Shown: positions 14,770 to 33,519 of the stretch, piece by piece
Layout: the number at the start of each line of letters is the position of its first letter
Position numbering within the stretch: the stretch's first letter is position 1
NCBI RefSeq assembly: GCF_009914755.1
Contig: NC_060947.1
Reading direction: 5' to 3' (one strand)
Origin: the human T2T-CHM13v2.0 reference genome, Homo sapiens
DNA: 64,000 nt
Notes under the pieces: model-generated
What the model saw: the letters and a program-made list of their open reading frames with translations, nothing else
Database searches by the model: none
What the model was told of the DNA's origin: nothing
Made by a program: the position numbers and the translations under genes

Positions 14770-17090
14770 ATTGAACTTTTATTTTAAGTTCAGAGGTACA
14801 TGTACAGGTTTGTTACATAGGTAAACTTGTGTCGTGGGGGTTTCTTGTAGAAATTGTTTCGTCACCCAGTGATTAAGCCTAGTACCCATTCGTTATTTTT
14901 CCTGCTCCTCTCCATCCTCCCACCCTCCACCGTCCAATAGGCCCCAGTGTGTGTTGTTCCCCTCTTTGTGTCCCCGTGTTCTCATGGTTTAGCTCCCACT
15001 TGTAAGTGGGAATATGCGATATTTGGTTTTCTGTTCCTGCATTAGTTTGCTAAGGATAATGGTCTCCAGATCCAACCATGTTCCTGCAAAGGACCTGATC
15101 TCATTCTTTTTTATGGCCGCATAGTATCCCGTGGTGTATATGTACCACATTTTCTTTATCCAGTCTACCATTGATGGGCATTTAGGTTGATTCCATGTCT
15201 TTGCTATTGTGAATAGTGCTGCAATGAATATACACGTGCACGTGTCTTGATAACAGAATGATTTATTATATTCCTTTGGGTATATGCTCAGCGATGAGAT
15301 TGCTGGGCCGAATGGTATTTCTGTCTTTAGGTCTTCGAGGAATCACCACACTGTCTTCCACAATGGTTAAACTAATTTACACTCTCACCAACAGTGTATA
15401 AGTGTTCCTTTTTCTCTGCAACCTTGCCAGTATCCATTATTTTTTTACTTTGTAGTAATAGCCATTCTGACTGGCGTGAGATGGTATCTCATTGTGGTTT
15501 TGATTTGCATTTCTCTAATGGTCAGTGATGTTGAGCTTTCTTTCACAGGATTGTTGGCCGCATGTACGTCTTGTTTTGAAAAGTGACTGTTCGTGTCCTT
15601 TGCCCACTTTTTAATGGGGTTGTTTGGTTTTTTCCTTGTAAACTTGTTTAAGTTCCTTATAGATGCTAGATATTAGACCTTTGTCAGATCCATAGTCTGC
15701 AAAAGTTTTCTCTTATTCTGTAGGTTGTCTGTTCACTCTGCTGGTAGTTTCCTTTAGTGTGCAGAGCTCTTTAGTTTAATTAGATCCCATTTGTCAATTT
15801 TTGCTTTTGTTGTAATTGCTCTTGGTGTCTTCGTCATGAAATCTTTGCCCATTCCTTATCCAGAAAATGATTGCCTGGGTTGCCTTTCAGGGATTTTATA
15901 GCTTGGGGTTTTACATTTAAGTCTTTAATCCATGTTGAGTTAACTTTTGTGTATGGTGTGATATAGTTTGGCTGTGTTCCCACCCAAATCTCCTCTTGAA
16001 CTGTAGCTCCCATAATCCCCACGTGTTGTGGGAGGGATCCGGTGGGCGGTAATTGAGTCACGGGGGTGGATTTTTCCTGTGCTGTTCTCATGATAGCGAA
16101 TAAGTCTCATGAGATCTCATGGTTTTATAAAGGGCAGTTCCCCTGCACATGCTGTCTTCCCTGTCGCCATGTAACGCACATCCTTTGCTCCTCCTTCGCC
16201 TTCTGCCATGATTGTGAGGCCTCCCAAGGCATGTGGAACTGTGAGTCCGTTAAACTTCTTTTCTTTATAAATTACCCAGTCTCGGGTATGTCTTTATTAG
16301 CAGCAAGAGAACGGACTAGTACCTGGTGTAAGAAAGGGGTTCAGTTTCAGTCTTCCATATATGGCTAGCCAGTTATCCCAGCACCGTTTGCTGAATAGGG
16401 AATCCTTTCCCCATTGCTTGCTTTCGTCAGGTTTGTCAAAGACCAGATAGTTGTAGGTGTGGGGCCTCATTTCTGGGTTCTCTATTGTGTTCCATTGGTC
16501 TCCATGTCTGTTTTTGTACCAGTACCATGCTGTTTTGGTTAGTGTAGGCTTGCGGTATAGTTTGAAGTCGGGTAGCGTGATGCCTCCAGCTTTGTTCTTT
16601 TTCACTTAGAATTGCCTTGGCCATTCAGACTCTTTTTCAGTTCCATATGAATTTTAAAATAGGTTTCCTCGTACTGTGAAGAATGCCAAAGGTAACTTAA
16701 TAGGAATCGCATTGAATCTGCAAATTGCTTTGGGCAGTATGGCCACTTTAATGATATTGATTCTTCCTATTCATGAGCAGAAATGTTTTTCCATTTGTTT
16801 GTCACGTCTCTGATTTCCTTGAGCAGTATTTTGTAGTTCTTCTTGTAGAGATCTTTCACCTCCCTGGTGTGGTGTATTCCTGGGTATCTTGGTGTGTGTA
16901 GCAATTATGAATGGGACTGTGTTCCCGATTTGGCTCTCTGCTTGACTGTTGTTGGTGTATACGAATGTTAGCGATTTTTCACATTGATTTGGTATCCTGA
17001 GACTTTGCTGAAGTTGATTATCAGCTTAAGGAGCTTTGGGGCTGAGACTGTGTGGTTTTCTAGATTTAGGAACATGTCGTCTGCAGGCAT
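14770..17090 (-). mobile_element. 5'-truncated L1 (L1PA/PB-type) with MST/THE1-type LTR inside at ~15958-16322
   Basis: [26 protein letters not shown]; L1 3'UTR. Confidence 0.85.
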
Positions 17091-19136
17091 ACTGTAGTAT
17101 TAAAAGAATGTAATATAGGACATAGGACAGAAAAACGTAGAGAAAAAAGAGGAAAGAAGGATCACAAATGTAAATGTGTTGGTTTCCTCTTGAAGGAGGA
17201 ATGAGGCTGAGATCAGGCAGAGACACCCCAGGAGCTTTGGGGAATGCTGGCGGTGTTCTCCTCTGTGACATGGGGGTGTTTCTGTAGAGGTGCCCTTGAT
17301 AATCACTTATTAAACAACACACACATATTGTGAGGTTCTCTCTATGTATGTTACATTTCAAAATAAAGAGGGGCAAAATTGCTAATAACAAATAACACAC
17401 ATTTGTAGTTAAACACTTCTCACAATCCACAGACCTGGAAATGACTGATTAGTTTTCTGTATGTGTAGTTTTCCAGTTTTAAGAATGTTCTACAAATGGA
17501 ATCATACATTATGTAGAGTTTCATATTTGGTGTCTTTAGCACAATGAAATACATATAAGACCTCTAGAACTGCAATGTACTCTTTCTTGACCTCAGTACT
17601 CAATACGTGTTTTCCTCACTTCACAATAGTTCATTCACAGTCGATTGGTTTTCTAAACTTGTATATATGTGTAGTATGCTTTATAAATATCATATGATAG
17701 TTAACTTTATGTAATTTGTTATATCTTGGTAATGGACTTTTCTTAAAAATGGACAGTATCCCTAAGAATACCCCGTACATTTCCATTGCAAAAAAAAAAA
17801 AAAAAAAAAGGTATTCCATCATGTGAGTATACCACAATTAACTGATATAAACTATGAAGGTAAAAATTTGCGTTGCTGCCCCTTAATGTTGTTGCCTTAA
17901 TTTCTTTTTCTCAGGTCCTAAGTCGTCTGCCCCTGAGAATAAGTGGATGGGGAGGTGACAAATCTCCCGTGAGAAAAATGTACCAAGTGCATGGTGTTCC
18001 AACACATAATCACAAATTCTGAATGAAAACTTGCCACCCAAATATAAAATATTTACCAAAACATCGAAATTAATATCACAATTATGTAAGCATCGTTCCT
18101 ACGATGTTTGGTGAAATCTATGAGAATTTGAAATCAAGCTATCACTATCAATAAACTGATATTAGTACTCGCAAGGAGATCTGCTATAAATAGAGAAAAT
18201 AAAATTTTGGTTATCCTTCTGGTTATAAAATACTTACCTGTTTAATGCAGTGTTACTTCCCTTAGCACTATTGTTTTGTCTGCTTATGGTGGCAGGCAAC
18301 GTACAGAAAGAAAACATCACAGTTTATGTGCATAGTTTAATAAATGATTGTCCAGTGCACCTGCACAGGAACGCTCCCCTAGGTCCCAGAGAAGAACACC
18401 GCCAGCATTCCCCAGAGCCTCCTGGGGTGTCCCTGCCTGAGCTCAGCCCCACTCCTACTGCAAGGGGAAACCAACATCCTGACTTTTCTGATTGTCCTTT
18501 CCTTGCTCTTCTCTGTGGTTTTATATCCTAAGTATGCATTCTTCAACAAGGTAGGTTAGTGTTGCCTGTCATTTGAAGTTATAGGAATGGAATCATTAAG
18601 CATGTCCGTGTTGTCCCTTGCTTCTTTCCCTCGATGTTATCTTTGTAAGATTCGCGCCTATTATTCCATGGAGGAGTACTTTGTACTTTTCCGTTGCTGA
18701 AATAGTATTCCATTGTATTAACATACCACAATGTATTCATTCCGTCCCATGGAAGTTGTGATTTTCATTGTTTCCCATATTTGGGACTGGATGATTACAA
18801 AAATACTACTCATAAACCCTTGTCGGCACCAGTAAAGGAGTCCTGAGAGGGACGTGTAGGCTGCTAAAAGCATATATTTAAAAGAGGATCGCAGACAATT
18901 AAAGAGAAAACGTTCGAAAAAGAAGCCCAACGTAAGACCAAGGAAAGTAGAAGGAAGTCATCAAGGTAAAAGCAGAAATCAGTGAAAGTGGAAACAAGCA
19001 TAAGGATCACAAAACCAGAAGTTGGGTGTTTGGAAGAAGAATGAAATTGGTAAACCTCTTGTGAGACTGGTCAAGAAAACAAGGGAGAAGGGCACCGCTA
19101 TCAGGAAAGAAAAGGGAGAAATAAGCACAAACGATG

Positions 19137-19545
19137 TTACGTCCGTTCTCGTGTTGCTATATAGAAATATCCAAGACCGAGTCATTTATAAAGAGAAGAG
19201 CTCATGGTTCTGCAGGCTGTACTGGTAGCATAGCGGCTTCTGCTTCTAGGAGGACTCAGGAAACTTGCAATCATGGCAGAAGGCAAAACAGGAGCAGGTA
19301 CTTGTTACATGGTAGGAGCAGGAGCAAGAGAGAGAGAACAGGGGGAGGTGTCACACACTTTTAAACAACCAGACTCATGACAACTCACTCGCGACCACAG
19401 GGACAGTACCAAGTGGATGCTGCTAAACCATTCCTGAGAAATCCAGCCCCATGATCCAGTCACCTCCCACCAGGCCCCACCTCCAGCATTAGAAGTCACA
19501 GTTTGACAGAAGACTTGGTGGGGACACGGTTCCAAGCCATATCAT
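19137..19545 (+). mobile_element. MST-family LTR (mirror 37880-38293)
   Basis: GGCAGAAGGC...CCACCAGGCCCCACCTCCA...CCATATCA. Confidence 0.7.
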
Positions 19546-19903
19546 ATGCAGACATCCAAAAGATAGAAAGAAGATATTGTGGGGGAACTGGATATTCACA
19601 CAGAGTGCCCATGCAGTAACAGCGCATAGCTAATTAAATACAAAGAGAAGATGGCACTTTCACAATGGGGTAATCTGGAACAGCGCCCTGAGCACATGGT
19701 CAAGATGAACATCGCCAGTCATGAGACAAACCGACATGGAGAATCTGCTGATGTCGTGCACTGAGAAGAACAGCATGTCTGCTATGCAGTAGTCCTGCCA
19801 AAAATGTTATACCTACCTGAATCTAATCACAAGGAAGCCATTCGACAAACCTACGTTCAAGGGCTTCCTGACAATGACTGCACTGGTTTAAAGCACACTT
19901 TAA

Positions 19904-20243
<340 letters not shown>

Positions 20244-21136
20244 CTAGGCGAGCGGTTGGCGCTTGCCTGTGGTCCAAGCTACTCAGGAGGCTGAGGTGGG
20301 AGGATGGCTTGAGCCTGGAGGTCGAGGCTACAGTGAGCCGGGTTCGTGACACTACATGCCAGCGTGGGCGACAGAGGGAGACCCTGTCTCAAAAGAGACT
20401 TGACAACTAAATGCAAAGCATGATGTTTGGTTGGAAAGAGAATTTTGTTAGAAAGCAGCTATGAGGGATACTATGGGACCATGGGGACAATCGGAGAATG
20501 TTTCATGTGATCATACAGTAGAAAATTGTGTGGTCTCCATGTTACATTTCCTGAGTGTCATGGTGGCATTAAGGTTTTGTGGGAGCCCATGCTTCCTTGC
20601 AGGCGATACATGCTGCAGTATTTACCGATGATGGATCTAAATGATTCCAAGGGATCTCAAATGATTCCACAAAACAATAAAACAAAAATACAAGCACGCA
20701 CACACGCTTAGAGAAAGACAGGGGTGCAGGATGGAGGGAGGGCTGAAGCAGATGTGAGAAAGTGGTAACAACTGGAGGATGCAGTTGAAGAATATACGTA
20801 TGGGTGCTCCTTGTGCTTTCCCTGCAACTAACTCTCCTGTGACTCCAAAATTTAAACAAATGCAATCTGGGATGAAGCGGGTATTATGGACCATTTTATT
20901 CCAGTCAGTTTGAAAACAGTGAAAAAGGTCACCAATTGCTAGGAAACCAAACCCGCCAAAACTGACACAAGAAGGCACAGCCAACCTGAACCGTTCCAGA
21001 ATCATTACAGAAAGATATCAGTAGTCAAAGGCTTTCCACGAATGAACTCCAGGATTCACCACCACATTCTGACAAACATCCTAGGAATACATATCTTCCA
21101 TTTTACACAAACTCGTGCAGAAAATTGAAAGTGAGG

Positions 21137-21566
<430 letters not shown>

Positions 21567-24500
21567 TCACATGCTCGTGACATAGAAGTAAAAATTGGAA
21601 GCAGAATCTTAGCACACGGAAGCCTACAGGATATAAAAAGGAAAATACCTAATATGGCATGACTAATATTGGCTTCATCCCAGAAATACGAACTTAATTT
21701 CTCTTCAGAAAATACAGTGGTATAATTCCCCACATTAACAGATTCGGGGAGACAAACATGCTCTTCGTAGTCACAAAAGGTATTGACTAAATGTCAATTT
21801 CCATTTGAGATGTATTGCTGACAATTTTTTTTTTCTAAAAAGTCAGGACTATTGGGCTATAACTTACACAGAGGTCTGTGAGATCTCGTAAATGCGTATG
21901 GCTGTAAAAACACCAGCACAATATATATAGATATAGAGCATCGCCATCCCCCGCCCCCCTCCCCCGCCAGGTTCCCTTACGTCCTCTTGTACTGAACTCC
22001 TCGTCTTAACCCTCAGACCCTGGCAACCATCAATCTGTTTTGTGTTCCTAGAGTTTTGCCTTTTCCAGAATGTCATATAAATGGAATCACACGGTACGTA
22101 GCATGTGCATTTGGCTTCCTTCAGAGAAAGACACTCGGACTGCGATTCTCTAAAGGTGCAATGTACAGTTTCATGACCTGGGTAGTAGTTACCTGGCTTG
22201 ATCACCTTACAACTGTTTGTCAGATGGCGGGCTTCTGAGTTCTCTCCGTGTGTGTGTGTGTGCGTGTGTGTGTGTGTGTATCATGTTTCAAACATATAAT
22301 TTTACATTTAACTGCCTCTAACTTTTATATGTTGGTGAGGGTTATTAAATGACAATTATTAATACTTAAAGGGAAGTGAGTGATTATTGTAAAAGCCAGC
22401 AGAGTCATTTCCTCTGGGGTGTGCAAAGCGGGAGGTAGTGATCAGGATGGGGCAAACAGGAGGGTTCCAAAACCCTGCCAACCTTCTGTTCCTCGCTCTG
22501 CATGGTAGTGACCTGGACTTCAACATTGCACAACCACATGGGCGCCGTTCACGCTGGATCACGAGAACAGAGCACCCTGGAATCCCACAGATAGATGTGG
22601 CCACCCTGGCGGCCACAGCCTACGCGGCCGTACCTGGCAAACACTGGTGTTGGCCTCATCCTTCGAGGAAACGCATGATGAGAAAATGTGTGGGGAAAAG
22701 GAGGAGTTCTTGGGGTGGAGGTTGAGGACAGATGTGCGTGAGGTTGTCCGAGTTCACCCAGGAGTGTGTTCCAGGCGGGCTAAAGTTCATGGCTGGTACT
22801 CACCATGACCACTATGATCCTATGACTGCCATCTCACATCCCCGTGTGCGATGCCCTGGGCCTCCGCCACAGCCTGGAAGGCCACCCTAGGGGACTCTGG
22901 CTGGTGGGCGTGTGCAGAGACTCACACACCTTCGGCTCTAGCTGGAGTCTGAAGAGGAGATGCTCTTTTCTGCCCACAGAGTAAGAGGTCTCATCTGGAA
23001 ATGTACCTGTGGCAGCCCTGGCGCCGGGTGTAGGTGGGATTCTGCTCAGGGCTCTGCCACTGTGGCTGCATCAAGGGCAGGCACTCAGCTCGCCAGACCT
23101 CCGGAGCCTGTCTGAGCTGAGTGGCAGGACAAGGCAGGAGGGGGTCTAAGGCTCTCCAGGCGGGACCCCACATTCCTCTTGGTGGGAGAGCAGGATTGAA
23201 GGAAAAGACAAAGCGGGACACTGAATGAGGGGAAGGGCTCGACCTCCTCCTCTCCACTGGGGCCCAGGTGGATTCCTCTAATCCGAGGAGTCTCGGATTC
23301 TGCACCTATTTCCCCTAGAACTGGAAGGCTCCACCCGCCCATGGCCTGGGGTGTACATGTTACAGCCTCATTATTGTGCGGGAGGTGGTCTGAATATGGA
23401 ACCGAGGTGGTGTGCTGAGAGGCGGGGCTGGCAAATGCAGCCACCGGGAGATGGGTTCACGCCTTCCACGACTCCGTCCACGGGCTTCTCCCCTTCCACA
23501 CCCTGTTGACCATGGCCCATGCCCCCCGGGGCAGTGCCTGGGGCTAGAGTTCTCACGCCACCAGAACCTGCCTAGATGTCTCCGGTGGCAAAAACCCAAG
23601 CTGGAGAGTCCCTGACGCACGTCTTCCCCCAGACACCAGCCCACTGTGTTATCCCCCCAAGAAACAACCACCTGTGTCAGGGTCAAAGCCTTGGCCCGAG
23701 GAATCAAGCCAACCCTCTCAGGGAAGGTGTTGGATTCCGATGGGGTAGGTCCCCACCAGCGTTCGTTTCCAGGTCTGAGGCCTGTGATTGGCCCACCACG
23801 TGCGTGATGGTCCCCCTCACTGAGCTCACACCATGGGCCCACAGGGAGACGCACAGGGAGTATGGGGGAAGGCAGACACCGGGCCCGACCAGCTGTCCCA
23901 GGGCAGTCCCTCTTTCCCACTTTCCACCCTCTCTGTGGGCATCCTGCCCGTCCATGTCTTGGTTAGCGGGTGTCGTGGCACCCTCCCACGGGAGCTCCCC
24001 ACTTCTAGATGAGGCACCAACCAGCGACTCTGAGGTATTACCACTGCACCCACACATGGGAGTGCTGAGACATCCCATCCATCCCGCGGAGGATCGGGAG
24101 CCTACTGTGGCACCTCCAGCATTCTGAGAGCCCCGACACCTGTCCCTGTGTTTGGGGATGTCCCCTTCGTCCCACTCCACAGCCTTCTAGGTGTTAGAAT
24201 TGAACAACACCTCCTGTGAAAGGGTAGATCCCAGCCCCGCTTTAGCGAATTCGATCCTTCATGGATCCTTCACCACTGCTTCCACTCCGTGAATCAGCCC
24301 ATTCTCCCTCAACGGAGAGCACCCCCGATTAATTTGATTCCCAAGCGGGTGCTTGCAGGGGCGTGCACACACACATACACACGCTAACCTTGAATGGTAT
24401 CTGTATTTCTCCTGTCCTTGTTCGACACCCTGTCTCTCGGCGATGGGAGCTGGCAGAACCTACACACACCTCCTCACTGGAATCGGAATCTGTGCCCAAA

Positions 24501-25699
24501 TCTGGGACCTGCCCAGCCCAGGATTCTGGCTGAAGGAAGCGGGCGATCCCAACTGTCAGGGAGGGTGAAGGCAGAACAGGGAGCTCTAGGAAATCTCGTG
24601 TGACCTCGAGAGGCGGTCGGGAAGACTGACCAGGGACACAGAAATAATCACGTCCACAAAAACCTGTTGGCCTTGGGGGTGGTGAAACGGTATTTCACGG
24701 GAACCATCCAAGAACAGCCAGGCCTAGCATCCACACTTGCCCTGGAAACCAGCTGGCCATTTTCAAATCAATGGTATGGAGCCCACCGGCTGCAGAAGGG
24801 GCTGTTGGCTGCGTATAGGACACCAAGGATGTGGAAGCCGCCTTCCGCGTAGCTACCGGCGGGCGGTTTCCACCAGGTTGGCCCGCAGGCACCAGAACAG
24901 ACTCAGTGCCCCCACCTCCAACCGAGAGACTGTCTTGCCCTTTTCTTCCGCACTCCAGGTATCTTCCCTTTGGCTCAGCTTCCCACCAGGATGTGGTTTC
25001 TGTCTCCACCTGGCTACTGAAGCTAAGGAGGAGATCTGACAGAATTTGGTAACTAAGGTTCAAAGGTGAGGGCTAAGAGGAACTGAGGATGCCAAGCGGG
25101 TTTTTGCCCCAGATGACCTGACCCTGTGCATGGTGGCACCGGAGGGACATAACGGCTCAAGGAAGAGGACTGGGCCCCTGAGGGGCGGGGAGGATGAGCT
25201 CCGTCTTGTTCCTCAACAGCATGGAAATAACCATGCAGGAAAGGCCACTGGCATCAAGCCACTGGGGAGAGCAAGGATGCTCACGATGGAAAGGATGGTG
25301 AGAGGGCAGAACAGAAACAGTGAACCGCAGGAGGAAAGGTGAGAGAGACGGGTTCTGGAAGGAGGCCATCAGTTCCTGCTGAAGGGGAGGGAGAATAGCG
25401 CTGAAGAAGGGGAACTGTGAGACCCCAAAGTGGGAAGAGAAGAGGAGGGACCGTGAGCAAGGCGTGTAGGAGAAAGGCAGGAAATGCTGCTGTGGCCGGG
25501 CAGGGCCCCCACACACCTAGACCCAGGGCACTGTGGTGAGCCCGAGTGCAGGGCTGCTGCTCAGAGGCCGGCCCAGGTGCCCCGCAGGGAGAGGGCCCAC
25601 CACAGAGCACCAGGGGAACTGTTCTTCAACCGCCAGTGAACCGGGCAACACGCTGCAACCCCCAACACTCCCAACAATCGCAGAGAGGGCAGACCACAG

Positions 25700-25879
25700 A
25701 CCACAGAATATGAGAACGACTTTATTTCAAATTGCTTTGAACTGCGTTGGGAAGGGGGCAAATGCAGCGGAAGAGAGGAAGCCCTGGCTGAACAGGATAT
25801 GGAGGGAACCCGCTTGGCTGCAGCTCCGGAGCTCCAAAGGTGGCAGCTGTTCATCTTGTAGGAAGATGCTGGCTCCAAC
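25700..25879 (-). other. CXorf49: CXorf49 non-coding last exon with polyA signal
   Basis: GTGAG donor 1 nt after the stop codon; acceptor TTTCACAG ending at 25880; AATAAA on - strand at 25721-25726. 3' end approximate. Confidence 0.75.
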
Positions 25880-25986
25880 CTGTGAAACAGAGTAGGCTCA
25901 GGGACGGGCCCTCAGCCAGGGCCAGCCCACAGCCCTCCTAAGGTACCATGATTGTGGAAAGGGGCATGGTGTGTGCAACACTCACT

Positions 25987-32150
<6,164 letters not shown>

Positions 32151-33453
32151 GTCTGTGGTCTGCCCTCTCTGCGATTGTTGGGAGTGTTGGGGTGTGCCGG
32201 GTGTTGCTCCGTTCCCTGGCGCTGGAAGAACAGTTCCCCTGGCGCTCTGTGGTGGGCCATCTCCCTGCGGGGCGCCTGGGCGGGCCTCTGAGCAGCAGCC
32301 CTGCACTCGGGCTCACCATAGTGCCCTGGGTCTAGGTGCTGTGGGAGGCCCTGCCCGGCCACAGCAGCATTTCCTGCTTTTCCTGTACACGCCCTGCTCA
32401 TGCTCCCTCCTCTTCTCCTCCCACTTTGGGGTCTCACAGGTCCCCTTCTTCAGTGCTATTCTCTCTCCCCTTCAGCAGGAACTGATGGCCTCCTTTGAGC
32501 ACCCTGGTCCTTTGAGCAACCTTTCCTCCTGCAGTTCACTGTCCCTGTTTGTCCTGTCACTGTCCTTTCCATCATGAGCATCCTTGCTCTCCCCCGTGGC
32601 TTGACCCCGGTGGCCGTTCCTGCATGGTTATTTCCGTGCTGTTGAGGAACACGACGGAGCTCAGTCCTCTTTCTGGAGCCATTATTTCCCTCCGGTGCCA
32701 CCATGCACACGGTCAGGTCATCTGGGCCAGTAACCTGCGTGACATCCTCAGTTCGTCTTAGCCCTCACCTTTGAACCTCAGTTATCAAATCCCGTTAGGT
32801 CTCCCTCTTTAGTTTCAGTAGCCTTGTGGAGGCAGAAGCCACACCCCGGTGGCTGGCTAAGTCAAAGGGAAGGTAGATGGAGTGCAGAAGAAAAGGGCAA
32901 GATAGTCTGTTGGTTGGAGGTGGGGGCACCGAGTCTGTTCTGGCGCCTGTTGGCCAACCTGGTGGAAACTGTTCGCAGGCACCTACACAGAAAGTGGCTT
33001 CCATATCCTTGGTGTTCTATAGGTGGCCAGCAGCCCCTTCTGCAGCCAGTGGACTCCATACCCTTGATTTGAAAATGGCCAGCTGCTTTCCAGGGCAAGT
33101 GTGGATGCTAGGCCTGGCTGGTCTTCGATAGTCCCTGTGAAATACCATTTCACCACCCCCAAGGCCGCAGGTTTTTGTGGACATAATATTTTCGCGTCCC
33201 TGGTCAGTCTTCCAGACCGCCTCTCCAGGTCACACGAGATTTCCTCGAGCTCTCTCTTCTGCCTTCACCATCCCTGACAGTTGAGATCGCCTCGTTCCTT
33301 CAGCCGGCATCCTGGGCTGGGCAGGCCCCAGATTCGGGCATAGATTCTGGTTCCAGTGAGGAGGTGTGTGTAGGTTCTGCCAGCTCCCATTGCCAAGAGA
33401 CTGGGTGTTGCGAACAGACAAAAACAATAGAAATGCAGATACCATTCAAGGTT

Positions 33454-33454
<1 letters not shown>

Positions 33455-33495
<41 letters not shown>

Positions 33496-33519
33496 CGCGC
33501 GCGCACATGTGCACGCGTG
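33455..33519. repeat. (TG)n(CG)n alternating purine-pyrimidine tract
   Basis: Seen directly. Confidence 0.85.
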
